A stretch of DNA of 64,000 nt, from assembly GCA_032128875.1 (NCBI GenBank), contig JAVLKG010000002.1:608001-672000 (forward strand). The letters are read 5' to 3'. Positions 19,815-29,787 of this stretch are shown in pieces. Below the pieces are notes generated by a model that did not search any database, was not told the DNA's origin, and saw nothing but the letters and a program-made list of their open reading frames with translations. The translations under genes were made by a program, and so were the position numbers. The number at the start of each line of letters is the position of its first letter. Within the stretch, counting starts at the first letter, position 1. The DNA comes from Candidatus Melainabacteria bacterium 17Bon1m (GTDB taxonomy: Bacteria > Cyanobacteriota > Vampirovibrionia > Obscuribacterales > Obscuribacteraceae).

Positions 19815-21357
19815 CCCTTCTTTGAAGAACAAACCGCTGGTTCTTGTAACTGGCGCAGAGGGGCGAAAGACTCTCAGTCAAAAAGTTGTAGCCTGTTCGA
19901 TTCAAGCAAGCAAGGAATATATACAGCCTGGAATGCGGCTTTCTGAAGCGCGTGCCATTTGTGGTGATTTGATTTCATTGCAATACGACACAAAATTATA
20001 TGAAGAAGCGCAAACAGAAATTGCCAGATTGCTCATCAATCTTTCACCACGTGTTTCGGCTTTAGAGCCAGGAATATTTTTACTTGATGCTTCCGGACTT
20101 TCACATCTTGGTGGTGAAAGTCGATTAGCGACCAATGCGCTTAAGATTTTGAGCAAGCTAAGTTATGTAGAAGCACGAGTTGGGATTGCAGACAGTGCTT
20201 TTTCTGCTTCGATTGCTACTCGCCTCAAAGGGCGCCGCTGGCACATGGTGCCTCAAGGTAAGGACAAATTATTTATAGCTCCAATGCCTGTTGAGTATCT
20301 TCCGCTTGGACAAGAGTCCGTAGATATTTTGAAGGACTTGGGCATCAAAACAATTGGTGATTTTGCCGCTCTTTCAATTACTTCTGTTGCGGAACGATTT
20401 AGCGAAGAAGGCAGAAAAGCGCATGAACTTGCACTTGGCTTAGATCACAGAAGACCTACATTGCCTCAAGTTTTCAAAGACCGACAGTGCTCAATGGAAA
20501 TTGGTGCACCAATTGAATCTCTTAATCAGACTTTATTTATTTTGAAGTCTCTTATCGATCGATTGTCTTCTGATTTGAAAAGAGATGGTTTATGCGCAGA
20601 AGAGCTTTTAATCAGTTTTTTTAACGAAAATGATTTGTTTGATGAGCGACCAATCAAGCTAATTGCTCCGACCAATAGTGCCAAGTTTCTTGTTGAAGTG
20701 ATCAAACTTTCTCTTGAAACAACAAAGCTTCAAAGAGAATTTACTGGAGTGCGGATTTCTGTTCAGCGTTATTGCGATGAGACATGGCAGCAGTCGCACC
20801 TCTCCGTTTCTGCAAATGCCAATGAGCAACTAGAGCTAAATGAGCCTTCTATGCTGCTTTTACAGAGACTCACGACTCGTCTGGGTGAAGGAAAGGTCGT
20901 GCAGCCTCAAGCAAGTGATGGATATGCACTTACAGGAAGCGGGTGTTGGACTCCTGTTATCGATACGAAAGCTAGAAGTATAAAGAGGACGGTTGCCGAA
21001 ACATACAAGCAGGCAGTCAATCCTGTCGATGTTGACTATATTTTAAAACGAGCTGGTGCTGCCGGTTTGGTTTCAAATTTGGTTTTGAAAAAACCGCATG
21101 AGCCTGTCAAAGTGATGGTGGAATTAAAGGACGAGCAACCAGTTTCACTGGCATATGCAGGCAACTGGTATCGCATTTCTTTAATCACCACTCCGGAATG
21201 TTTGTCTGGCTTTTGGTGGGATAAATTGATTCGCAATTCATATTATGTGGCAATGATTCAACCTTCTCAAAGATCGCAAATCAGCGAAAGCTTGGTTGTT
21301 CTTCTCGCCAAAGAGCACCTCAAAGATACCTGGCAAATTGAAGGGGTCTATGACTGA
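19753..21357 (+). CDS. imuB: ImuB, inactive Y-family polymerase scaffold
   Basis: RIACLRIPRFP N-terminus lacking the catalytic Asp, VVACS..A...IQPGMRLSEARA, SPRVS, LLDASGL, LGIKTIGDFAAL, and ImuB-type C-terminus (PECLSGFWW...YY...WQIEGVYD). Confidence 0.9.
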   Translation: MSRIACLRIPRFPIAAQLKYDPSLKNKPLVLVTGAEGRKTLSQKVVACSIQASKEYIQPGMRLSEARAICGDLISLQYDTKLYEEAQTEIARLLINLSPRVSALEPGIFLLDASGLSHLGGESRLATNALKILSKLSYVEARVGIADSAFSASIATRLKGRRWHMVPQGKDKLFIAPMPVEYLPLGQESVDILKDLGIKTIGDFAALSITSVAERFSEEGRKAHELALGLDHRRPTLPQVFKDRQCSMEIGAPIESLNQTLFILKSLIDRLSSDLKRDGLCAEELLISFFNENDLFDERPIKLIAPTNSAKFLVEVIKLSLETTKLQREFTGVRISVQRYCDETWQQSHLSVSANANEQLELNEPSMLLLQRLTTRLGEGKVVQPQASDGYALTGSGCWTPVIDTKARSIKRTVAETYKQAVNPVDVDYILKRAGAAGLVSNLVLKKPHEPVKVMVELKDEQPVSLAYAGNWYRISLITTPECLSGFWWDKLIRNSYYVAMIQPSQRSQISESLVVLLAKEHLKDTWQIEGVYD

Positions 21358-21458
21358 AGATGCCAGCTTGTGACGTCTTTTGGGATTAATCTTAGTGCTG
21401 ACCAAAAAGCCATGCCTTGCGTATAGATACACATGGGCAATTAGGCTTTCATCCAAAA

Positions 21459-23264
21459 ATGACGTTACCATTAGAGCAGCTTACGCCTGCTCTTGCACCT
21501 CCGCGCAACGAAACCAGTGAGCGTCTTTATCAGGATGCTCGTGATTACGGGCGTTTTGAATCTCCGCGCTCAACCACCCTGGCTTTCGAACCGCAGTTGC
21601 AAGGCTTTCCAAAATCGGATTTGCTTCTGGCAAGTTTTGAAATTCCTGCTGCGCCTGTTGCCGGTGATAGAAAGACCTTCACTAAGGCTATTGATGGTCT
21701 CAGCGCTGAGCGTCGCGAGCGTTTTTACAATCGCATGGAAGCGTTTGAAACGCGTGCCCGCGCCGAACGTCTCGCTCCCGAGCAAATCGATGCGACTTAC
21801 CGGCAGATCAACCGTTTAATTTCAACTCGCACCAATACGCTCACCGACGAGCAACGCCTCAATATTGCCGAACAAGTAATGTCCATGACCGCTGATCCGA
21901 CAACAATAGATCAAGGGGTGCATGACACTTGCGGTGCCGCCGTCATTGAAGTAAGAACCTATATACGACACCCTGAGAAAGCCATCAAGCTTGTTGCAGA
22001 CGCCGCGTTAAATGCAGAGGTTCTGACTAAAAACGGTGTTGCCTTGCCTATTGATACTACTCCGCACGATACCTCGAAATTGGATGCTCCTAAATCAGGA
22101 CAGAGAAGTCATGCCAGCGAACTCTTTCAGGTGGCGGCCATAAATCTGGTCATCAACGACGGGCTAGGAAAGAAGGAAGGCAGCCTTGCATATCGTCAAA
22201 ATGACAGAAGACCCGAGACAGTCAATCTCGGAGAAATGGTCGTCGATTTTTCTTTTCATCCGCCGCGGGAAAAGAAATTCGAGGGATTATATGTGGCTGA
22301 TGTTTTGCGAATGAATCGATTGGTGACGGGAGAGGACGAGCCGGAATTGGTCTTGTGGAAAGCAAATACTCTGGGCGGTAAGCAGTATGGAAAACCATTT
22401 ACCAATGAAACCGAGATGGAAAGCGCGCTTCTAGAAGCCAAAATGAATGGCAAACTGCCTGCTGTGATCTACGTCTACAGCGGCAATGATCCCCTCTGGC
22501 AAGATGCTCCCAACATCAATGATGGAGGCCGTGGCGACGGACATTACATAAACGTCACGGACATAACTCTCGGCAAACAACCTTCAGTTGAAATAGACAG
22601 CACCTGGTGGAGGCGCGCAGACCATTTGAAGAGCACCGGCTCGTCTGTGAAGCTCTCGGATCTCTACCTCTCTTCTCTGCCTCCAAAGGATGCTGAAGCC
22701 CAATTGCGCCAGGAGTTGTCCGCTGCTGTAAAAGCTGGAAAGCCTGATGCTGCGCGGCAAATCGCATTGGCTCGTCAGGAGTGGGTCAATGGAAAAATCG
22801 ATACAAATGGGCTGGAAAGCTCGCTTCGTGAGCTTCTTCTCTATGCCGATATGCGCTGGCAGAACGAAAAGCGCGCCGGAAAGCTGAACACCGACGAGCA
22901 GTCTCGTGCGTTAACCAAGGCTATGGAAGCTGTCGATCGCTTGCCTTACGCCAATAAGGTAAGAATGCTGGAAACCCTCAAGAATAAAGGCATTATTGAT
23001 AGTACTGAATACGTGTCTGCATTGGTTGCCACTTCAAACGAAATGACCGAGCAGCGAATGATGATGACTTTTGCCGGCGAGCACGATCCGCAGAGGGAAT
23101 TAGGCTTCCGCCGCGCCCAGGACGAGCTTTCTCAGCGTTTTGACGCTTTGAGCCCCGATGTTCGCCGTATGGTCGACGAGCAGTTGCGCCGTGGACAGAA
23201 TGCTGACAATACCGGCTTCTACGCCTCCCGTGCAAAAGAAAGGCGTGACCGGCGGAAATTATAA
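21459..23264 (+). CDS. Large hypothetical protein with papain-like Cys/His motifs
   Basis: IDQGVHDTCGAA (QG-x3-TC), GHYINVTDI, VEIDSTWW; helical C-terminal region. ATG 21459 is preferred. Confidence 0.6.
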   Translation: MTLPLEQLTPALAPPRNETSERLYQDARDYGRFESPRSTTLAFEPQLQGFPKSDLLLASFEIPAAPVAGDRKTFTKAIDGLSAERRERFYNRMEAFETRARAERLAPEQIDATYRQINRLISTRTNTLTDEQRLNIAEQVMSMTADPTTIDQGVHDTCGAAVIEVRTYIRHPEKAIKLVADAALNAEVLTKNGVALPIDTTPHDTSKLDAPKSGQRSHASELFQVAAINLVINDGLGKKEGSLAYRQNDRRPETVNLGEMVVDFSFHPPREKKFEGLYVADVLRMNRLVTGEDEPELVLWKANTLGGKQYGKPFTNETEMESALLEAKMNGKLPAVIYVYSGNDPLWQDAPNINDGGRGDGHYINVTDITLGKQPSVEIDSTWWRRADHLKSTGSSVKLSDLYLSSLPPKDAEAQLRQELSAAVKAGKPDAARQIALARQEWVNGKIDTNGLESSLRELLLYADMRWQNEKRAGKLNTDEQSRALTKAMEAVDRLPYANKVRMLETLKNKGIIDSTEYVSALVATSNEMTEQRMMMTFAGEHDPQRELGFRRAQDELSQRFDALSPDVRRMVDEQLRRGQNADNTGFYASRAKERRDRRKL

Positions 23265-23428
23265 GGAATATATGCGCGGGCCTAGCGCTCCTTGAAACTT
23301 TCAGACCTGGCCCATGTCTCTAAAATGGATAAAGTTTTCATCCTGTTATGAGCCAGATCGCGGTCTATTGCTTGATATGCGGCTGTCAAGTCTGGTAATT
23401 TTGGGTTTAACCGACTGCAGAGTAAAAA

Positions 23429-24184
23429 ATGCCCAGGTTTGTGGATGCATTGCCAACCGATCGTCAACTTCTCAGCCTCTTTGTGCCGCTGGGAATATTG
23501 GGTCGCATTCTTGCTTGTTTGTTCAACCCGACCTGCTATTCCCGCATAGATTTAGAAGAGTTCAAACAGATTTGCAATTATCTTGGTCCCAAGTCCCTGC
23601 CACTCATCGTCGTCACCGCTATCTTCATTTCACTGGCACTTACAATCGAGACGATTCTCGAGACGACCAGATACGGGGCGCAAGATAGTTCGGGCGCTGC
23701 CATTTCTATAGGTTTGCTGCGCGAACTCGGTCCTCTCACGGTTAGCATTTTCTGGGCCGCTCGAGTGACTGTGCTTTTGTCCTACAACGCAAAGTTGTAT
23801 GTGGATGCCAACGGCTCCAAGGACTTTATTGAAGTGTTTGTATTTCCGCGCTTTCTTGCCGGACTAATCATGGCAATTCCTCTGGCCAGTTTCGGCTTGG
23901 TCTTTGGCTTCGCCACAGCTGCTTTCTATGCGCCGACTATTGGAGTCAGCTCGTGGCAAGAATTTTTAGAGATAGCCCGCGTTTCCATCCACGAGAAAGA
24001 TATCGTGGTCTACTTTGTCAAACTTGTGTTGCTCAATCCAATTATCGCTGTCATCGTCGGCAGTGCATGCGGACTTTATTCAAATGAAGATGGTGGTACT
24101 ACCGCTTCCCATGCGGTTTCTAAAATGTTCATCTACGCGGTAATCGCCAATTTCGTTTTCACTTACTTTATGTTCCCCATCTAA
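23429..24184 (+). CDS. mlaE: MlaE-family ABC transporter permease
   Basis: LGPKSLPLIVVTAIFI, LLRELGPL, FVFPRFLAG; adjacent to an MCE gene. Confidence 0.85.
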   Translation: MPRFVDALPTDRQLLSLFVPLGILGRILACLFNPTCYSRIDLEEFKQICNYLGPKSLPLIVVTAIFISLALTIETILETTRYGAQDSSGAAISIGLLRELGPLTVSIFWAARVTVLLSYNAKLYVDANGSKDFIEVFVFPRFLAGLIMAIPLASFGLVFGFATAAFYAPTIGVSSWQEFLEIARVSIHEKDIVVYFVKLVLLNPIIAVIVGSACGLYSNEDGGTTASHAVSKMFIYAVIANFVFTYFMFPI

Positions 24185-24204
24185 AAGGAAGAATAGGCGC
24201 CTCA

Positions 24205-25479
24205 ATGTCAATCACTACCGATTCCAACTCGGCAATTCGCGATGGACGCCTGGGCGTTTTTGTTCTCATCGCCATCATTTTTTTGATGGGTTCATATCTG
24301 TGGTTCAAGGCTGTTTCGCCCTGGAATCCACAACAAAGATTTGAAGTCCGTTTTCATGAAATCGCAGCTCTCAATGATAATGCGCCGATTCTTGTAAATG
24401 GCGTCCGCGTCGGGTCTGTTGAAAGTATTCATTTGAAGGGCAAAGACTCAGTGCATGTAAAAATGCAGATCAACAAATCGAAGATCACCATTCCCGAAGG
24501 TGCGACGTTCAAAATCTTGAGTAATAACGTAGTCGGCGTTAAGTACGTCGACATCTCGCTGCCGAGGAGCGATCCGAATAAGCCACAGCCTCGTCCTCTT
24601 GATGAAACGATGGAGGTTGTTGGGCAAGATCCGGGTCGACCGGAAGTGATTATCGATGAATTGACCGCTAGTCTGAGCAAAATCAGTTTTGACAAACTGG
24701 AGAAGAAGGTTGCGGAGAATTTCGATGATCTTTCGATTGCCACAAAAAACATTTCCAAAGCTTCAGAGAAATTAGGACCGGTTGCCGACAAGACAATCCT
24801 TATGGAAGATAAGGTGGGTGTCCTTGCTGACGAAGTGAGAACAACCTCGAAGCGAATCAACAAGATTATCGAAAACCCGCAGTTTGTTGCTGACATAAAA
24901 GAGACAGCTAAGCGAGCGCGCGATGTCGCAGCTTCTATTGAAAGGACGATGAATCAGGTCGACTCCTTACTTGCCGATAGAGAATTGCGCAACGACGTCA
25001 AAGAATCGCTGGCTCGTTTGAACGATGCGACGAAGCATGTTCAAAGTGGATTGGAAACTTTCGAAAAAATCGCTCAGGACAAAGACGTTCGCAGTGACTT
25101 GAAGGCGATTATGGTCGATGCTCGGCAAACGCTGGATAAGGTCTATCGCATGGTCAACAGTCCTGGATTTGGAGACGATCTCAAAGGTACTCTCAAGAAC
25201 ACAAATCAGGCTCTGGAAAACATCAATACTGTCACGCTTCAGGTCAATCAGATTTTGAGTAAGCGACATCCTTTGCTGCACATGATTTTTGGTGCTCCCG
25301 GCAAATTGGATGTGAAGGCGCGTCTTCACAAGAAGGAAGGCGACAGCAAGGATAAAGACAAAGGCACGAACGCGAAGAATTCCAACGATTCGTCGCATTC
25401 GAAAGAGGCTTCTTCTTCGACTCCGCCAACTACGCCCGTCGTAGATGAGATAGACAAGCAAGCTCCAGCCAACGATTGA
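24205..25479 (+). CDS. mlaD: MlaD/MCE family protein with long helical domain
   Basis: N-terminal TM, F.EIAAL.DNAPILVNGVRVGSV, IPEGA.F.I.SNNVVGVKYVDI; coiled-coil C-terminus. Confidence 0.88.
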   Translation: MSITTDSNSAIRDGRLGVFVLIAIIFLMGSYLWFKAVSPWNPQQRFEVRFHEIAALNDNAPILVNGVRVGSVESIHLKGKDSVHVKMQINKSKITIPEGATFKILSNNVVGVKYVDISLPRSDPNKPQPRPLDETMEVVGQDPGRPEVIIDELTASLSKISFDKLEKKVAENFDDLSIATKNISKASEKLGPVADKTILMEDKVGVLADEVRTTSKRINKIIENPQFVADIKETAKRARDVAASIERTMNQVDSLLADRELRNDVKESLARLNDATKHVQSGLETFEKIAQDKDVRSDLKAIMVDARQTLDKVYRMVNSPGFGDDLKGTLKNTNQALENINTVTLQVNQILSKRHPLLHMIFGAPGKLDVKARLHKKEGDSKDKDKGTNAKNSNDSSHSKEASSSTPPTTPVVDEIDKQAPAND

Positions 25480-25513
25480 ACGTTTTTCGTTTCGACATCT
25501 GTTGGATATTGTA

Positions 25514-25542
25514 TTGTCAGCCATACGAAAGTATGGTATCTT
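25514..25542 (+). promoter_or_regulatory. Sigma70-type promoter of dnaE2 with palindromic operator in the spacer
   Basis: -35 TTGTCA (25514-25519), 17-nt spacer, -10 TATCTT (25537-25542). Spacer contains the perfect IR CCATAC-GAAA-GTATGG (25521-25536). Confidence 0.75.
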
Positions 25543-25685
25543 GAGAGATCTAGAACCTTTTAAACAATATTGAGTTGTGAATCTTTCTCGAAAGGCTTGC
25601 AGTAGCTAAAGCCGAGCCTTCGCATGTTTATGTTTGAAAGTTTCTAGACCTGGAAATCCCTGAAGAATTACATCTAAAAGTTGCC

Positions 25686-28600
25686 GTGACTGCTGGATAT
25701 CAAAGATATGCCGAGCTGCATTGTCATTCGTCATTTTCTTTTCTGGATGGTGCGTCCAACCCGGAAGAGTTGGTCATGCGTGCAAAAGAACTCGGCTTGG
25801 CTGCTCTTGCAATAACAGACCATGATGATTTTGGAGGAATAGTCAGATTTGCATACTCTGCCAGAGAACTCGAATTTCCTGTCATCATAGGGTGTGAGGT
25901 AACGATTGAAGATGACTCGCATCTGATCCTTCTCGTTGAAAACGAGCGAGGATATCGAAATCTCAGTTATCTCCTCACGCAGGCACGCATGCAAAAAGCA
26001 CGCGGCAAACCTCGTGTTTCATACCAGCATTTAGAAGAGCGATCGGAAGGGCTGATAGCCCTCTCCGGCTGTCCTCATGGACGCATACCTTCAGCCTTAT
26101 TTCTTGAACGAGTTGAAGAAGCGAAAGACATTGCAGGTCAGCTCAAAGAAATATTTCAAGATCGTTTTTACCTTGAAGTATGGAATCATTTACTAAACCA
26201 AGAAGCTGTTATTGCCAAAAAGCTTTTGGATTTGTCAAATTCTTTGGCAATACCGTGGGTGGTGACAAACAATGTTCACTACGCATCGCCGGAAGGGCGA
26301 ATGGTGCATGATGTTCTTACTTGCATAAAACATGATGTTACTCTCGCCCAGGCAGGTAGAAGATTAAGGGCCAATGGTTGTTTCTACCTGAAGTCCCCGG
26401 AAGAGATGGCTTATTTATGGCGCCATGATCTTACCGGAATAAACAATACACTTCGTATCGCAGATAGATGCCAGTTTCGCCTTGGTGCATTCAAACCGCC
26501 ACTGCCAGTCTTTGATTTGGAGGATGGCACCACTCATAATGGCATCTTAGAAAAACTTGTTTGGGAAGGTGCAAAGATCAGATATCCAGATCTGACAGAA
26601 AAGCACCTTAAACAAATAAATTACGAATTGAGCATGATTACGAATTTGGGGTTGGCTCCATATTTTTTGATCATGTGGGACATCGTCAATTTTGCCCGTA
26701 AAAACGGCATTGCTGTTCAAGGGCGTGGCTCTGCGGCAAATTCGGCTGTGTGCTATTGCTTGATGATTACAGCTGTCGATCCGATTGGTATGGATTTACT
26801 CTTCGAACGATTTCTTTCTTCTGGTCGCAATGAACCCCCGGATATTGATGTCGATATTGCTCACCAGGAAAGAGAAAAAGTAATTCAGTATGTTTATGAA
26901 AAGTATGGACGAGAACACGCTGCAATGGTCTGCGAAGTAATAACTTATCGCGGGCGTTCTGCAGTGAGAGATGCTGCCAGGGTGCTGGGTTTTTCTCAAG
27001 AACAAGCTGATTCGCTTTCGGTAGAAGCAAGACATATGGAAGCTCACGAAGCAGCGTTGAACTTGAGAGCCGGTGGTGCGGAAAGAGCAGGATTGGATCA
27101 AAAGGATAAACGAGTTCAGCAACTGATTCGTGTTGTTTCAGGACTGCATCAATTGCCTCGTCATAGATCTATTCACGTGGGTGGTTTTGTTCTTTGTGGA
27201 ACTGCACTTGGTGAAGTGGTGCCTATTGAGCCTGCGGCGATGGATGCGCGAACTGTCATTCAATGGGACAAAGATGATATTGATTTGATGGGCTTGATCA
27301 AAATTGATCTACTAGGTTTGGGAATGCTGACTCTTCTTCAAGAAGGGTTGAGGCATGTTCATAAATATCGTGGATTGGATATTGATATTGGTCGCCTAGA
27401 TATGAGTGATCCTGCGATTTACGAGATGCTGACTCAAGCCGATACCGTCGGTGTGTTTCAAGTCGAATCTCGCGCTCAGATGAATATTCTCCCGCGCATC
27501 AAGCCAAAGTGCTTCTACGATATTATTGTTTCCATTGCTATTGTGCGACCTGGTCCGATTCAAGGAAATATTGTTCATCCATATTTACGACGACGTCGAG
27601 GCGATGAGCAGGTCACTTATCTTCATCCGACTTTAGAGCCGATATTGAAGCGGACATTAGGAGTGCCGCTGTTTCAAGAGCAAGGCATGAAGCTGGCTGT
27701 CGTTGCCGCCGGATTTACTGCTGCACAGGCAGATCATTTGAGGCGCGTGATGAGTCATAAGCGCTCTCTGGAAAAGATGGCATTACTTTGTGATGATCTT
27801 GCTGCAGGAATGAAAAAAAATGATTTTTCACCAGAAGCGATTGAAACAATCACACATCAATTGAGAGCATTTGCAAATTACGGATTTCCTGAAAGTCATG
27901 CTGCTTCCTTTTCCCTTTTAGTCTACGCATCTGCATACTTGAAGAAGTATTTCCCGACGGAATTTTACTGTGCGATTTTGAACGCTCAACCGATGGGTTT
28001 TTACAGCCCCGCTACTCTGATACGAGATGCAATTAACCATGGTGTTGAAGTGCTTAGTGTGGATTTGGCAAAAAGCGATTGGGATTGCACAATCGAAATA
28101 ATTGAACAGAAGGAAGGATTTGGTGCTTTTGGATTTGCCAATGCGAATAAAGTTAAACAAGCCAATCAAGCCAATCAAGCTCCTAATGCAGTTGAAGTTT
28201 TGGAGCAAAAGAAAACTCAGAAGCTGGCACTGCGTATTGGGCTGAGGTTTGTACATGGCTTAGGTAACAAGTCTATGCAGGCATTGAAAGCGGTTCATGC
28301 TGCTGGAGGAAAGTTCACATCAATGGAAGATGTTTTGCAGAGAAGCGGCTTAGGACCAAGTGATTTGAAACAACTTGCACGTGCCGGAGCATTTGAAAGC
28401 CTATATCCCGGACGTCGAAAAGCGTTATGGGAAGTGCTTTCCAGATTGAATAATCCACCTCCTACACCTTTGCTCGATCTTCTAGAGACAAAGCCGGTAG
28501 AGGATGTACCGGAAATGTCTAGCCTAGAAGAGATAGTTGCTGATTTTAGAACTTTAGGACTTTCTACAGGTCCTCATCCGATGTCGTTCTACAGAGAATG

Positions 28601-28937
28601 GGCTCAAAAATTTGGAATCAAATCTTGCCAGGAATTGGGTGTGTCAGAGCACAGCAAAGTTATGTCTGTAGCAGGCGGAGTAATTTGCAGGCAAAGACCG
28701 GAAACTGCAAAGGGGTTCGTTTTTATCACTCTTGAAGATGAGACTGGCGTCGCAAATATCATCGTCAACCCAAAAGTTTTTGCTGAATTTCGACATTTGA
28801 TAATGCGAACTTCTTTTATGTTAGTGAAAGGCAAATTACAGCTAGAAGATGGCGTAGCTAACATCCTTGCGGAAAAGTTCGAACCGCTTCCGCTTTTGCC
28901 TGGAAATCCTATTTTGCCTACCCGAGATTTCCATTAA
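25686..28937 (+). CDS. dnaE2: Error-prone DNA polymerase III alpha (DnaE2/ImuC)
   Basis: YAELHCHSSFSFLDGAS PHP start, QGRGSAANSAVCY, PPDIDVD, SIHVGGFV, FQVESRAQ, YGFPESHAASF, and the diagnostic C-terminal TRDFH. Confidence 0.97.
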   Translation: MTAGYQRYAELHCHSSFSFLDGASNPEELVMRAKELGLAALAITDHDDFGGIVRFAYSARELEFPVIIGCEVTIEDDSHLILLVENERGYRNLSYLLTQARMQKARGKPRVSYQHLEERSEGLIALSGCPHGRIPSALFLERVEEAKDIAGQLKEIFQDRFYLEVWNHLLNQEAVIAKKLLDLSNSLAIPWVVTNNVHYASPEGRMVHDVLTCIKHDVTLAQAGRRLRANGCFYLKSPEEMAYLWRHDLTGINNTLRIADRCQFRLGAFKPPLPVFDLEDGTTHNGILEKLVWEGAKIRYPDLTEKHLKQINYELSMITNLGLAPYFLIMWDIVNFARKNGIAVQGRGSAANSAVCYCLMITAVDPIGMDLLFERFLSSGRNEPPDIDVDIAHQEREKVIQYVYEKYGREHAAMVCEVITYRGRSAVRDAARVLGFSQEQADSLSVEARHMEAHEAALNLRAGGAERAGLDQKDKRVQQLIRVVSGLHQLPRHRSIHVGGFVLCGTALGEVVPIEPAAMDARTVIQWDKDDIDLMGLIKIDLLGLGMLTLLQEGLRHVHKYRGLDIDIGRLDMSDPAIYEMLTQADTVGVFQVESRAQMNILPRIKPKCFYDIIVSIAIVRPGPIQGNIVHPYLRRRRGDEQVTYLHPTLEPILKRTLGVPLFQEQGMKLAVVAAGFTAAQADHLRRVMSHKRSLEKMALLCDDLAAGMKKNDFSPEAIETITHQLRAFANYGFPESHAASFSLLVYASAYLKKYFPTEFYCAILNAQPMGFYSPATLIRDAINHGVEVLSVDLAKSDWDCTIEIIEQKEGFGAFGFANANKVKQANQANQAPNAVEVLEQKKTQKLALRIGLRFVHGLGNKSMQALKAVHAAGGKFTSMEDVLQRSGLGPSDLKQLARAGAFESLYPGRRKALWEVLSRLNNPPPTPLLDLLETKPVEDVPEMSSLEEIVADFRTLGLSTGPHPMSFYREWAQKFGIKSCQELGVSEHSKVMSVAGGVICRQRPETAKGFVFITLEDETGVANIIVNPKVFAEFRHLIMRTSFMLVKGKLQLEDGVANILAEKFEPLPLLPGNPILPTRDFH

Positions 28938-29144
28938 ACGTGCCCTGTCTGCCGTTCGGAGCTTTCGCTTAAGTTAAGAAGCCGTAATCTTTGGAGCGCT
29001 TGAAAACCCGCCGCTCTGCTGCAGCACACGCGATGTGCAGCATATTGTGCTATTACTTAAAAGAAAGTGGCTAGCCATAAGGGTCATCAAAGTTTATCCT
29101 TTAAGTTACCTCTATTAAATGGCTGGAAAGAGCGTTGGCGTCCT

Positions 29145-29777
29145 ATGTCCGCAGATTTAAACAAACGACCTACAGTTGACGAAAAGGACTATTGGGAGAC
29201 TCTGTACAGGGTCAAGCGCACGCCGTGGGAACTCAATCAGATTTCCCCGCCGCTGCGAACCTTTTTGGACTCACCCTATAAAGTCCCGCCCGGTCGAATC
29301 GCTGTTCCTGGTTGTGGAACAGGTCACGATTGCATGTTGTTTGCCAGCCGTGGATTCGAAGTAACCGCAATAGACTTTGCACCGTCAGCACTCCAATCGA
29401 CCACTGAAAAGTTTATACAAGCCGGAATTCTGAATTCCAAAGGTTTTGTTCTCGATAAAGATGTTTTCGACATGCACGACTATGACGGGCATTTCGATTA
29501 TGTTCTCGACCACACATTCTTTTGTTCGATACATCCGTCTCGACGCAGACAGTACGCTTACGTCGTACGTGACCTTTTGAAGCCGACGGGCAAATTGATT
29601 TCACTTTTCTGGTTGGTTGAACGACGTGGTGGCGGTGCGCCTTTTTCCACTACAAATGACGATATCTTCGCTGTCTTCAAAGACATCTTTGCCTTCGACA
29701 TCGTTTTCGAACCGCCTGATTCAGTGGATTCGAGAAAAGGCAAAGAAATCTTTTGCTTGATGTCGGTGAAGAAGTAA
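29145..29777 (+). CDS. TPMT-like class I SAM-dependent methyltransferase
   Basis: YW..LY....TPWEL..ISPP, VPGCGTGHD, IDFAP.A, FDYVLDHTFFCSI.P..R..Y, APF. Confidence 0.88.
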   Translation: MSADLNKRPTVDEKDYWETLYRVKRTPWELNQISPPLRTFLDSPYKVPPGRIAVPGCGTGHDCMLFASRGFEVTAIDFAPSALQSTTEKFIQAGILNSKGFVLDKDVFDMHDYDGHFDYVLDHTFFCSIHPSRRRQYAYVVRDLLKPTGKLISLFWLVERRGGGAPFSTTNDDIFAVFKDIFAFDIVFEPPDSVDSRKGKEIFCLMSVKK

Positions 29778-29787
29778 GTATCCCTTC

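Noticed and set aside
28100-28222. Intein in DnaE2
   Set aside because: Far too short, and no Cys/Ser start or His-Asn end.
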